This document shows positions 25,570 to 38,999 of a DNA stretch of 64,000 bases, piece by piece (within the stretch, counting starts at the first letter, position 1; each line of letters opens with the position of its first letter). The translations under genes were made by a program, and so were the position numbers. Origin of the DNA: Dicyema japonicum (lineage: Eukaryota > Animalia > Dicyemida); assembly GCA_011109175.1 (NCBI GenBank), contig RDEW01000013.1, forward strand, positions 103,476-167,475. Reading direction: 5' to 3'. The notes under the pieces are model-generated. The model had not been told where the DNA came from and searched no databases. It saw only the letters and a list, made by a program, of their open reading frames with translations.

Positions 25570-25930
25570 TATTAAACAAAGGAAACAAGTCAGAAACCAA
25601 CCAAGAGACCATTGTCACAAGCAATAACAATTCCATGAAGTTCGCGGAACCAACGATCTCCTAGCCTTGATGAGATTTCGTTTTCAATCTCTAGAGAACA
25701 CCTCTGCTGACAGGCCCGGCCAAATGTAATTGGGGTCAAGCGGAATCGGTCCAGAAGTGCAGAATATTTATCCAGCACCCTCCGCTCTGCAGAGTCTGCG
25801 GCACGACAGTCTGAGCTTGTAGTGGAAATCATATTCGTCAGGGGACAAGAAACAACACAGGTTGCATCCCATACGAGAGAGCGTCCTTTTGCACATAGGA
25901 AGATCTTCATCCAGTTTGGTCCTTTAGCGA
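25570..25930 (-). mobile_element. CRE-like REL-domain fragment
   Basis: GRSLVWDATCV..AADSAERRVLDKYSAL..FRLTPI. Confidence 0.8.
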
Positions 25931-27057
25931 ATTGTTACTTCATCCCAAAACCTTTAAGGAAATTCAAAGATGGGATATCTCATTCCAGGAAGTTATGAGG
26001 TCATTAAGTGTCTATTGTAGAAAATCCAAAATTTTTGATAAAGGTGGACAAAGTAATGTATCAAAGTCCATGTTATTCCCTATATGATGACTAGGGCGAT
26101 TTTTTGACTTTATAAATTCAAAAATTTTTGACTTAAAACAAATTTATCTGCAAAGAAATTTTTAATGCAAAAAATCTAATTAAAATCTTATTCCATGTAC
26201 AGCCCTTTGTCGTCGAGACGAGGGGAATCTTCAGGCCAAAGATGGTCACATTTTAAGATCTCTTGGGTCTATGATATCGAAAGTGAGTAACGAGCGTCGG
26301 GAAACCGAGTGGCTGTTCCAAATGATTTCTCTGGTATTTGTCAGTGGAAACAGCCACTCTATTCTTTCAGTTTGAGTATTTTGAGTTTTTGTTACGTAAT
26401 AAATTGTCTTTATAAGAATAATGTAAGGCAAACGCATTAAGGTTTAAATTTCGGGTTTTAAATAGTAATTCTCGCAGTAATATATGATGACGTGGAGAGA
26501 GATTTTTTTCTCAGGAAATGTCCAAGCCTCTGTACGTTGAGACTAAGTTTTGTTTCTTGATTGAAATCAATGTCAAATGAATTGTTTATTCGAAAGTTGG
26601 GTAATTCAATACATTTCTTATTTAGTTCTTGTTCAACTGGGGGGTCGTTAGCTTCCGACGGCTGGACTTTGAACTAGGGTTAGGTTCATGTTACCACACC
26701 CAAATTAAAGAAGTCTAAGAAAGTAGCACAAATATCGGTAAAAGGTCAAGAGTTAATAATGTATATTCAGTTCCCACAGTGGGAGAGAGAAACATCTTCA
26801 CAAAACACCGCGTCCATCCATATTCCCCATTACGGAAACTCCTCCAGCGAAGTAAGAAATAGTAGTGATCCTATTTAAAGATGGGGTTTTAAGACAGGTA
26901 AATACAAAGCGCCTATTGGAACTCGAACTTTCGACTAGGTCTGTGTGAATCAATCCCAACCTAATCCAGCAGCATTAAACACCACCCCCGTAATGAGTTT
27001 GTTAGAGTAAGCATACTTCATCAACACATTTAAAGACAATATTAACAAATGAATAAG

Positions 27058-30000
27058 TTATTTTACACGAAATGAACTAAATATGATTTCAAGTCCATTA
27101 ATGCACTTGGGGACATTTTTATACTCGGCAAGCTGAGATTGTGAGAGCAATTCAGTAGAAGAGGGGAGATTATCGAACGGAAACCCTACAAATCACAGAT
27201 GTACCAACCACTCTCAATAAACGACTTGAGAACAGTAGCACATTTTGTACTCATGCAATAGTCATCAAACTGATATTCAGGGAGATCCACCCACCTGTCA
27301 TCCCTAATAGCCTTTATGATGATCTGCATCATCAAGGATCTCTTATTCCAATCCTTTAATAAACACATCCCCAACCTCCTCCATAAGAAAGTATAACTCG
27401 CAAACAAGCAAATAGTGTTCAACAGTCAAAGATTCCTGTTTGAGATAAAACTAAGACTAAGCACGTGAAAACTACATTTATGATCTGCAAAGGAGTCAAG
27501 CACACATTAGCATCCACTTGTTCCTACAAGTAACATTAAACAATACATATGATTTGGACAGAACCTCATTATGACCAATAATCATTAGTTCCCGCTCTAT
27601 CTCATCTAAACGTGGGTACAAATGACAAACCAAAGTGTTCTTTTAAATATGGCTGTTGATCCACAAATCCATAAAACAAAAGCTTCCCCAACGAACACAG
27701 CCTCTTCTTGAGGATCAGAGGAGACGACTGTCTTACAGAGTTGATTAATGATTCCATCGCCTACTTAAATACAAGTCAATAACCATAACAGGCTGAGCCA
27801 CGTGTAGGTAATAAGCCCAGGAATAAAGCGAATAAGGACCATCATTTCTCAGAAAGTACTTTAATCTTTCATCCGTAAATGTCCCACTAAATAAACAAAA
27901 ATTTTCCCGCCCTGAGAGTGACAACAAAAACTAACCAGTCTTCATCAGTTTGTCAAAAGCAAGCTCGTCAAACCGACCAGAGAAACGATTAATATTATCA
28001 ACCAGCCTTTGTTCGTACTCTGGGTCCTCACATAACTTTAAAATTGTATCAAAGTCACAGTAATCCTCAGAAAATGTGAGAGACTCTCCCACTCCCATCA
28101 TTTCCTCTACAATCACAACAACCATAACTTATTTTCAAGGACAGAAACGACCGCAAAGACTCAAAGCCAATATCGTTTCCTCGTTGATTAAAAAGAGTGT
28201 AATAGTCCATAATAGCTCTACTACACATTAATAGTTCTGACCCCCCAAGAGAACCATTTTGGACCACAAAAGTTATCTTAAATGAGTAATAGTACATACA
28301 ATTCGCTCAACAATGTCCTTAATCTGAGAACTAACCAAAAATGGAACAGTTTCTAATATCTGCCCATCCAATTTATAATCCAAAATCTGAGATGCCTGCT
28401 CGTTGGCTGTTCTGGAGGACTCGTACAGTGTCTAAAAATAAAAAACAGGCAGACAGTGAGGATTTTGCACATTAAAGCTAATCGGTCAGTATCGTTTTCT
28501 CTACTATTGTCAAGAATTGTTAGATTTAGTCGATTTTCAAACAGGATTTGCCTCATTTCGAAAGAAATCTGACTTATCTACAGTAAGAAACACACTAATA
28601 CTTGGTCACTGGGACCATGCGAGCAGTCATTCTCCGGAGTACTATTTTTGAGAAGAGTAACTGCGTAGTGGCAGTTGACTAGTTCATTTTGGGAGATCAA
28701 TTTATCAATACATTTTACAATAACAGAATTTTGGGATCCACACATCACCTGCAAATAATTCAGTACATCCAAACTTTAAGGATCAGTTTGGAAGAGGACA
28801 GAAAGTTTAGAAAATGTCTGTGATTCTCCATTCTTGCTAATACAACGTCACAGTTGGTCTCGTCACTTAAAGCAGCTGACATGACAATAAAATGAACCAA
28901 AATCTTCATGATGCTGAGTATTTCTGTCCACCACAATTAAAGTAGAACACTCGGATATGGCCTCCACTATATGTTCGGGAGTATCGGATGTCAACAGTTG
29001 GGAAATACCATCTTCACATGACCTCTGGGTATAACAAGAGAGAATACAATGTTTCCTTTGCAGAGCGTAAGATAACAGTTCATAAGTCGTGATCTTGTGT
29101 CCCGTTTGACTCCCTAATAATGTAAATCACAAAAAGACTATTCCTTCGAAGACTGACGTGTTCATTAATCTGTCATATCAGTAAATTTATACTTTAGCCG
29201 ATTCCTTGTCACACTGTAGGTACCCCGTTCGGCCAGGACAACCAAAGAATCCTCATTCTTGTTAGATCTATAGCATCCCACGGCCAATAACTTGGGAGAA
29301 TTGCTCACATGAACTTCGACACACCCAAAAGCTTAAGGTTAACCGAAAGTACCAACCAGAGACACAAACTATGGTGTTGTCCATCCGAATGAATAATTCT
29401 TCCTGTTCCAATGAAGGTACGTGAAGACTCACTTCAAAGGGAGTCTAAACATCAGTATAAACAATACTAAATTAAAGGATCTCTGCCACATAAGCTCAGT
29501 CATAACAATTCTGTCTGATTGGAGTTCAATAGTCCCTAAAATGAGCTGATATCTGTGATCAGTCATCTCCTGAGGGGGCACATTGACGAGGGCAAAGAGA
29601 CGTCCACTAAACATGTTCAGTAGAACAACAACCACAGTACAGCAATAGATATTATAGAGAATCTCTCAAAGTCATCATTGGGGAATCAGAGGAACCACAA
29701 CAGCTGAGATCATTTATGCTCAGAGATTGTAGAAACTAAATGCTACCCAAGAATACCTTAAATTCAAAATTACGTGTAATCTCACAGAGTTTAATAGTCT
29801 GAGGAGACCAACAGTAGAATGCATACTCGTGGTTGGGTCCCGTGAAGACATTAGACAGGCTGATGGGGGAAGGCTCACTATCTGCTCCGAAAATGAATGA
29901 CCCAAATCTATGGCCAATTTCTCCGATCAAACTCTTCCTTTTAGCCCCACGATGGACGATAATCTGATAATTAGTAATACTACTTTATCGTGAAGGACTT

Positions 30001-30520
30001 GGAAGACCACAAAATGAGCCATATCAGACATGGCGACATATAATTCGTGGTCGAGAAGACATAGTGAAGTAAAGGGACAACCAGAGTCTGTTATTATGCT
30101 AGATGTGTCAGAAAAGTCAGAAATATCGTCAGAGGAGTGCCACACAAACACCTTCCCATCATTTCCAAGACAGACACAGCGGAATGCATTCTTTGATAAT
30201 TTTACAATATTAATTAAATCCACGTGGGAGGTTGTGGTGAGAACAATATGGTGGCGACTATTTTCATAATTCTACCAATAAACCAAGCTTTACGTCTGAT
30301 ATTATATTCCAGATAAGAAATGAGTGGTCATCAAGTGAGACGGCGACCCAGCCACAGTCAAATATTCTGTAGGAAGTGTTCATTGCTGTATATGAGAAAG
30401 TAACCAACATTGTTGCAGTGTAAGTTTAAAGTCAGCGGGAATATCCAAATGCCGGGATATCTTGAATTGATTTGATTCATTTTCTTCTGAATATGTGTTG
30501 TTTAAGAACGAGTAGTCCAT
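27058..30520 (-). CDS. NUP133: Nucleoporin Nup133 (many micro-introns; one apparent shift at 29680-29683)
   Basis: Spliced motifs: GWVAVSLDDHSFLIW (GWAWLV..IW propeller), LIGEIGHRFGSFIFG (MLSGIGRKVSSLFG), LKKRLCSLGKL, KAIRDDRW, C-terminal LPSSTELLSQSQL. Example 20-nt intron 29964-29983. Confidence 0.85.
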
Positions 30521-31809
30521 AACGATAATAACTAAAATAAATATTATTATATTTTAGTTAATTTTCTAAAACATAAAATAAATTATCAATTGAACTGGAT
30601 GCATATGCCGAATTTTTAACAAAAATTTTGAAAATCGTGGAAGGCTAAGAGTAATTCCGTAGGTCGTCCTATAAAACGATCTGGAAAAAGTTGAAATCCG
30701 CGGATGACCTGGACTCATCGAGAGTCTTAGTGGGTGGATGATGTTGATATCCAGAATAGTTTTTTTGCTGCACATGCGGGGATATAAATATTATGCTTTT
30801 GTGAAAAGTACTTTGATAATAATTTGTAAGACCTTTGATTTGTTCATGTTCCTTTCAAATTGCAATCACTTCAAAGATATCTATCCAATAATCTCAAGGT
30901 GGACACGCAACGGCTAGATTTGTCATAAGACCTGTCTTTGGAATTTCAAATTCGAGTCCACATACTATAGAGGATTCAGTCTATGAGACCAGTTTATCAA
31001 GATCAGTGGGGGAGCTACTGGGTTGTCTTAGTCTCACGGGAAAGAACTGATTTCTTGTTTATGTTTCTAGTTGCCTCAGCAAAAATAGCACAAAACATGA
31101 ACCGATCTATAAACCCGTAGTACTTTTTTCCCTTTAGCCTTCTCAGCCTTTTCCGTTTAACAACTAACGAAGGAGGTTTGATCCAACGTGATCATGAGAA
31201 AACCTGACCCCAACGAGCTTGTTTTGGATCAATGATCTAATGAGGAGCATCGACCCAAGCTGAGAGTCTGAATTAAATTTCTCGGGATCACTTAGTTTGT
31301 TTTAGGCTTAACAGTGGTCTTGGATTAAAGATTTGATTTGACAGTTAAACCTCAACAACCAACAAAATACTAAAATCAGTAAGAATTTTTCCAAATCCTT
31401 GAATTCGACATTTTTAAATATGATTTTATCAAGTTATTTTTAACATCATGGCATCTGACCATAACCAGGGATCCCAGTCTCTCGAGAATGGCTTACTACT
31501 TATTCCTCCATTTGTCTCAACAGCAATCGTGCGGAACCGGTAGAGGAATTCTTAAATTGGGCTTTAAGAGATAAATCATGCTTCTACCGAGAAAAGATAT
31601 TGGGGACTGTCGCGGAAGAGCTCATTCCCAAGCTATATAAAGACTAGAGGATCTTTAACTATAATCCTATACTTCCAAGTTCTTTCAATTTTGTTCTGGG
31701 CAAGATTCGAACCAAATCATGCGTGTACCCGACACTTGTTTTGTTTAGAATCTTAGGTTTCCGATGTCCCATGAGTTTGTCACCTCGTCTGTATTCACAA
31801 GTATCGCGA

Positions 31810-32010
31810 CCATTAAGTGATCCCGGCTTCTTTCAATTACCTCCTCTCTTTTCACCAGAAGCAATCGTCAAGGTTTCTTGTGTTTCTGCAAAGAACCATG
31901 AAACTCATCCAGGGAACCCGTTTAGAAAAAGGGCTACCCATGTGGAGGAATCTCAATTGTTCTTGAAGAAGGACACTCTTATCGAGTTCCATACATAAAT
32001 TAGCAGAGAC
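31810..32010 (-). mobile_element. LINE 3' end fragment with GGGATCACTTAAT motif
   Basis: Minus strand ends ...GAAGCCGGGATCACTTAATGG; related motifs at ~31283 (+) and ~32077 (+). Confidence 0.45.
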
Positions 32011-32225
32011 ACTTACGGAATGTGGTAGGATCACTGGTGGGCCATTCTAGCAGACTCCAGAGTTATTAATAGTCTGAATCACTTAATTAGTTGGCTTTGA
32101 CACATTCTTGGCCTCCTGATCTTTTCTCGATACTCTTCCCGGGATCCCACAATTAATAGTAATTCCAATAATGAAAGTTTAAAATAATATAATTATTATT
32201 CCTAAGTAATAATAAATATATTTGA

Positions 32226-33471
32226 ATGAAGACAATCTGGGATCTACTAAGTGATCGTGGAGGTTTGCAATTGTTAATATTTTGATAAATCCGTGAACAA
32301 AGAATTCACAATTTTCATGACTGGACCCGTCGAATCTGTTTGTTTGCATGTTATTTTAGGGAAAAACCATTCTTTCCTCAAAAATATTAGGAAAGTACTG
32401 AGAATCTCAAATTTAGGGAACTTGGGAGTAAGTCATCATTTGTATTGGATTACAACTATGCTAAAATTAGAAAGTCCGATAGTCTGGTTGATCTCTTTTA
32501 TACTTTAGGAAGATTGGATGGTACATGTTTGGGAGGTCGGAAGTGGGACAAGATTGATATCCCCTCTTCAGTCACTATTTAACAGCGAGCGATTGAGGTC
32601 ATCCATGGCACATACCTTAGTTCCTGTTTCGTAATATTTGTCGTCGATTTGAGCAAACCCAGTCAAATTTGGGAGTCCTTGGAGACCACATTGAACTGTC
32701 TGAATGCTATGATTGAAGAAAGAAAGATCCACAACTGAAGCAGAAACTTCTCCAAAAGGCCAAAGAAAGAATCGGGAGAGATCACAAGGTATTGTAATTC
32801 CCTCATTTGAGGATTTTAATGAGATCAAACCGTTCTTGCTGCCAGGAATAATCGTCGGCAATAAATTTGACATTTTAAATGTATTCATTGACACTTATTA
32901 GAGACCTACGATTTGATGACAACCAAAGTAATAGGAAGAACCCTCAGATTCATGGCTCACACGAACGGGCTTGCCTTACTCGTATTTTTTGATTGTTACT
33001 TAAGTATAACAACAACCTGTCAGATAACAGTTCAACCAGGACGATGATTAAGAGTTTGATTTTTAGCGGGAAATTACAGTTTAAAGTTGTTATTAGTTTA
33101 GTGGGGGCTGCAAGGATTCTCTGATTGCAATAAGTTATGGTGGAGACACCTTCGACGAAATTGGTTAGACCTCTCCTAATATTTCAGGCAAGCCGATATT
33201 TAGAGAAATTGAAGGGAATGCTTTGCCAGCCACCACATCGGAGGAGATGTGGAGAAACGCTATATTTAGTTTTTTCCCTCCCAATGAGGACATTGATGGG
33301 AATAACAGGTATTATGGGGTTATTTATCAGAAATCCGTCTGAAAATACAAAATATGCTGAAAAACAAATCGATGACTTGTTTGTAGAAAAAACTGAGGTT
33401 AATAAATTGTCTTATTAAAGGAAAGATTACGGCAAAGCAATTTTAATAAAAGATTTATGAGTTTACAATAA
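32226..33471 (+). CDS. DYNC2LI1: Cytoplasmic dynein-2 light intermediate chain (retrograde IFT)
   Basis: Spliced: MKTIWDLL, TIFMTGPVES-GKT, VHVWEVGSG, SKPSQIWESLE, KPFLLPGIIVGNKFD, IGRTLRFMAH, GGDTFDEIG, EMWRNAIFSFFPP, NPSENTKYAEKQID; introns ~21-25 nt. Confidence 0.9.
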
Positions 33472-33519
33472 TTTTTTGATAAATAAATTTATTAAATTAC
33501 AATTATTATTATTTACGTT

Positions 33520-33890
33520 TATAACGACTTCATGTGGTTCACCGGCTTTATAGTCCTGGTGTGTTGCAAAGGGTACCTATTTCTCCTCGAAGGTGAGCCA
33601 TTCACTTTATCGGGACACGACCTACCTGCCCACGAGTTGACTGATGCTATGACGTGTCGGGATCACGTGATTAATTCGGCTATCCGTGGTATTTGGAATT
33701 TTTCATTTCATTGGCATACATAGAATCATACTATCATCGTATCTGTACAACTTCAGACAGATGATCCACCGAGATCATTTAATTTTAGGCTGACTGGGAT
33801 TCAAACCTGGATCCTACGTGAACCTGACACTTTCTTATCTCAGAATTCGGGATTCAATGTCTCCCGAGTCAAGCACCTAGCAAGGACTCC
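33520..33890 (-). mobile_element. Possible tRNA-derived SINE (third family)
   Basis: Minus-strand B-box-like CCAGGTTTGAATCCC (~33800-33815); single copy in window. Confidence 0.4.
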
Positions 33891-34011
33891 TATAACTTTC
33901 ATTTTTCTCATATTAAATTTTTAATTTTTGAGTAAAATATATTAAACCTTAACAAATTTACGTTAATAAAATTAGATTAAAAATAAATTTAAATTTAAGA
34001 GCATAAACGAC

Positions 34012-35013
34012 ATGGATGTGCGGACAAATGTACGGGAGGTACTAAATTTACATTTTTCAGCTGTCAAAAAAAGAGGAAGTTATAACATCCTTTATTTCTG
34101 GGTCGGTTGCGGGGGCAATTGCCAAAACATTGATCTCTCCTTTGGACAGAGCCAAGATAAAGTTCCAAAGTATTTCTCTAAAATACCTCCCAGCTACTGT
34201 TATCCCCTATTCTCTGAAAAATGTGCTTTACTTTCTAATCAAAACGTATAATCGGACGGGGTTCAAGGAACTCTATAGAGGGAACAGTGCAACTATGATC
34301 AGAATAATCCCATACGCTGGTATCCAATTCACAACCAACGAACAACTCAAGATGCTTTTAATATCTCATGGAAAGGATGATAACCTCAAACTAAAGTACT
34401 TCGTGGCTGGGTCTCTTGCAGGGATCACGGCCACCACCATGACATACCCTTTAGATATGGCACGTGCTAAAATGGCTGTGACGACAGTCAAAAAGTTGTG
34501 GTTACTAATTTTTGGTAGTTACAGGAACGTCCTTGAAGTTTTATCTACCACGTGGATAAGGAAAGGATTCTTATCCCTCTACATGGGGTACCTTCCAACA
34601 GTCATCGGGTCATTTTTTTACTCGGGGATCGGATTCTTTACTTATAACAACCTGATGGATAAATCAAGTATTATAAGAGGTCTTACTTGGGTAGTAACGC
34701 GGAACCAGTCTTTACTCTGTGGGGCCGTTGCAGGGATTTGCAGTCAAACTGCGACATACCCTTTGGATGTTGTGAGACGGAGAATTCAGACGACTGGTTT
34801 GTACGATTGTAATTTTTAGGGGACGTTGTGAGCAGACAGAGTCACGGGGATGGAATAATAGTGACATTTAGAAAGATTGTGAAAACTGGAGGAATAATAA
34901 ATGGACTTTATAAGGGATTATCTATGAATTGGCTCAAAGGTCCCATTGCTAACGGAGTTTCTTTTTGTGTCTATGAATTTTGTTTATCCTCTCTTCGTCA
35001 TTTTATTCGTTAA
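34012..35013 (+). CDS. SLC25A42: Mitochondrial carrier, SLC25A42 (CoA transporter) type
   Basis: Three PxD/ExxK/R repeats (PLDRAK, PLDMAR, PLDVVR), [36 protein letters not shown]; introns 34039-34060, 34170-34193, 34495-34518, 34668-34694, 34797-34819. Confidence 0.88.
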
Positions 35014-35074
35014 TTTAATTTATGAATTTTTTATTTAAATATTTTTTTGATTTATTAATGACAAAATAAAACGA

Positions 35075-35215
35075 AGATCAAACCTTCCCCCTTTTGGACG
35101 ATCATAAAATATTGCAGACAAAGGAGGACGCACTGACACCGGGATCATTTAATTAGACGATAACTTTTTCCTCTTTCCTGTGTTCCCGGGGTTATAATAA
35201 TAAAATAAAACGAAC
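35075..35215 (+). mobile_element. LINE 3'-terminal hairpin fragment
   Basis: CCGGGATCATTTAATTAG...TGTGTTCCCGGGGTTATAATAATAAAA; upstream AAACCTTCCCC shared with ~7415. Confidence 0.65.
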
Positions 35216-35229
35216 AAAAGGTCACGAGG

Positions 35230-37530
35230 GAACGTAGCTCCAGCACTTTATTACGGATTCCATTGACATTGAGTTGGAGAATGACCAGCGTGGAATCAGG
35301 ACCCGGGTTAGGTTTGATGTCGTCACGTCAGCCTGGAGTAGCAAATTGAAGTTGGTAGGCTACCCTTCCAAAAGACGTAGAGGGTGGAGAAGTTCAAACG
35401 GTTCTCTTTAGTGCATAACTTGCACTGGGCATACCACAACAACAGGTGAACCGCATGCCGCCACGATAAAAATTCCAAGGAACTGGGAAACCCATTCAAG
35501 GAAAAGGTGCCCCATGCAGAGGAATTTCGGTCGGTTATAAAAAAGTGCACGCCGATTGAATTCCTATGCAGAAGGAAGAGAAGGCGCTGCCGGAATGCGT
35601 TTGGGTCATCAGAAGACCAGACGAATGAAGAACTATCCAAATTGCAGAGGAACCTACGTTTACAGGTCGAAACCTGCCAGGACCAGGCAAAGGAACACAC
35701 TCTAAGAGTCATGCGGAACCAAACCCTGTATAAAATAAAGAAAAGAACGAGGGAAATAAAGGAAAATAAACTTGCTGGAATGGCTAAAGAAGTAGAAAGA
35801 CTCAAAAACGGAGCGCAGATGTTCAAGGCTGTTCACCTACTACATAGAGACACGCAGTCATCAAAAATCACAATACATGACCAGTTTGGAAAGACTATGT
35901 TAAACAAAAATGAAATTCTATCGGCCATATCCAGCCATTATCAGCAGGCCTTCAATCAAAACCACGGGGAAAAATCAAACAATTCGATGGTGAAGCACGA
36001 GAACTAAATATTCCGATAACGATTCTGGAAACAAAAAAAGCCCTGGACAAACTGAACAACAATAGAGCTGCTGGCCCTGACAACATAAATGCAGAACTTC
36101 TCAAATATGCACCGACCGAGATCTCTGAACTATTAACTGAGATATACAACAAAACATTCAAATACAACTCACCACTGGATGTGGGTAATGGCACACTAAT
36201 TGCACTACAAAAACCGGGCAAAGCTAAAGGCCCCTTAACGAATTTAAGACCCATCGTACTATTGACGACTCTACGCAAGACACTATCACTTATAGTGCTG
36301 AACAGGATTGGATCTGACATCGAGAACTTTCTCTCTCACGGTCAAAGCGGATTCAGGTCAGGGAGATCTACAGCTGATGTGGTCTGGGGACATCGATGGC
36401 TTTGTGCAACACATCAAAAGTACAAGGGGGCTATTGGCATCCTTGGCATGGACATGTCCAAAGCCTTTGACTCTATACACAGAGGGAGACTTTTGGATAT
36501 CTTGGAGAAGTTGGTTGACGAGGACAGTGTCAGAATGATCCGTCTATTACTTGGAACAACGCAGCTAAGTGTACGTTTTGGAAATTTGGAGTCTGTCCCA
36601 TTCGAGACAACGTTCGGGGTACCGCAGGGAGATTCCTTGTCACCGGTACTTTTTGTGACATATCTGGAGGCGGCACTCAGAGACTTCAGACTATTAATTG
36701 GCGATCTACCTCAAACTGAAGTGATTTATGCAGATGATATCGACTATATATCCAGCGACGAGAAAACATTAAACTATATACGGACAAGGATGCCAGATGT
36801 CCTAGAAAAATGGTTCATCAAAATCAATACGGAAAAGACGGAGACAACTACCATACGCCGTGAACTAACCCGAACTGATGAAAAATGGAGATACTGTAAA
36901 AAATTGGGGTCGTTGCTCGGAGACGCTGAGGATATCACTAACAGGAAGATGTTGGCCGTCGCGGCCTTTAGAAAAATGGGAGTAGTCTGGAATCATCGTA
37001 AACAAATTAGCACACAATTACGTGTGAGACTATACAATGCCTTCGTGAAACCAGTCCTAATGTACAACGCTGCAACCTGGGGTGTCTCAGAAGCGGTAAT
37101 GGACAAACTAGATGCCTTCCATCGTAAGCAACTCCGATTGTTGCTTAGCATCAACTGGCCGAAAAAAATTACAAACAAGAATCTATACAAAGTATGTAAT
37201 ACAAGACCATTGAGTCTGGATATCCTGGAATCAAGGTGGCGTCTGTTTGGTCACATCCTTCGAATGAGCCAGATGACGCCTGCTAAAATAGCTATGGATA
37301 ACTACTTCTGCCCAGAAGTGAATACCTCGTTCCGTGGAAGACCTCGCATAACTTTGTCAGAGGTTCTACACAAGGACCTGACCAATGTAGGACGAAAGCT
37401 GAAAACTGGAGATGATCTGGATACGCTCGGAATAACTGCCTGTAACCGAGGAGCATGGAGGAAGTTGGTCAAGAGAATAGTGGAAAAAATAACCTGAAGA
37501 AAAATACGGCACAAGCGGAACCTTAATTAA
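35230..37530 (+). mobile_element. RTE-clade LINE, 5'-truncated, RT near-intact
   Basis: AAGPDNINAELLK, LRPIVLL, QSGFRSGRST, DMSKAFDS, GVPQGDSLSPVLF, YADD, RWRLFGHILR, RGRPR. One 1-nt shift at G4A5 (35966-35974) separates ORFs 35507 and 36181. Confidence 0.95.
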
Positions 37531-37759
37531 ATAAATTACATTTTTGGTTCTTCGAAAGTACTATTAATAATAATAATTATGGAATAGGTATCTATCAGTC
37601 CGCCAGTTGGCCTGGACTGTTCATCCGGGTACTCCTTTTCCTTGCTAACATCCATTTGCTGGTCTAGTAAGCTACACATCTTAATTTCATCTCTAGAACG
37701 TTGTAGGTACAAAGCCAGTACGCCCATCTCCAGTTAGTTTTCCTTTTGTAGGTCCTTTC

Positions 37760-38180
37760 CCCTGTATGTTCTTCCACAGTGGTCCCAAGCCGTCCTGTAG
37801 GGACCGATGATGTGGTAAACAAAGTCCCGTGTAGATCCCAATTCGAAGTAGGGAACAATTGGTGTGGGTACCCTATAGATCCCAACTCCAGTATGTACTT
37901 CCACAGTAGTCCCAAGTCCTTTAGGGATCAATTGGTGTGGGTACTAGGTCCAACTTAGAAAATATCCGGAGATTTTGATCCTTTGACTACTGCTTTCCCC
38001 AAAGGGTTCCTTCGTTCTTGTAGAATATGTCCATTCGGCCCGTAATGTGTTTCTCCACCTTGTAATATGTTTCTTCGTCTTGTAGAATAAGTTCAATCGA
38101 CTTGTAATACGTTTTTTCGCCTTAAAATTTTCTTGCAGTGCAATAAGTTCCTTCGTTTTGTAATATGGCCATTGTAATGT
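37760..38180 (-). repeat. Mosaic short repeats / low-complexity degenerate ORF
   Basis: Repeated TTCCACAGT.GTCCCAAG, CAATTGGTGTGGGTAC and TTCGT(T)CTTGTAGAATA units. Confidence 0.6.
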
Positions 38181-38319
38181 GGATTCTCGCCTTGAAACTC
38201 CTTCGACTTGAGAACATGAAAGTTGCACCAGTGGCACAACTATTTGTTGTTGGAGGCTGGGATCACTTAATTAGTTAGTTTTGACCTATCTTTATTGATG
38301 GTCTTGGAGTTAAAAAAAG

Positions 38320-38400
38320 GTCACGGTCTAAGTAGCTATTCCCTATCGGGATGGCGAGCGAGATTCGCTTATATATCAGCAGTGTTCACGGGGATCTCCT
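38320..38400 (-). mobile_element. CRE-like 3' fragment
   Basis: YKRISLAIPIGNSY. Confidence 0.6.
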
Positions 38401-38486
38401 GTTCTTGCAAAAGACTCAAGAATTCCAGTGTCTTAGACACAAAACTGACGGCAGAATCTCGCCATATAACTTGTGGCTAGAATAAC

Positions 38487-38670
38487 AATTGGTCGTGGGT
38501 TCGACTCTCATACTGCCTCTTGGTCGAAGGTTCTCTCTGTTCCTTATTTTATCTGCTTCTAACAGAGTGGCATCATGTGATCCAACCGTCTCAGATCACG
38601 GGCTAGTTACTGGATAGCACGAAAATGATCATTGGCTCTCCCTCACTCCTCTGAATTGTTTCACATGTGT
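38487..38670 (+). mobile_element. SINE family A partial copy preceded by an intact B-box
   Basis: GGGTTCGACTCTC followed by AGAGTGGCATCATGTGATCC and ATCATTGGCTCTCCCTCACTCC. Confidence 0.65.
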
Positions 38671-38999
38671 TAACTAATAAATTATTTTAGTCGATCAGAT
38701 GATTATTTTGATTGTCGTGATAATTTTTAATTCTATCTTCTGGCTTATGCTTCCAACATTGTAAACATTTTAAAATGTGTTCGTTCACATAAGTCTATCG
38801 AAGACAGCAAAATGTGATTCGGAGATGGTATCGATTTACCAGTATAAATAACGGAATCTCTTAACTCAGGATGACTACATTATGTTTTTCCGAGATAATG
38901 GTCAAAAAATTTTAAAAGACAACTTGGTCCAAAATGATATTTTAAAGGACAACAGACGGATCAGCACAGTCTTAACAAGCTCATGAAATATTACGCCAA

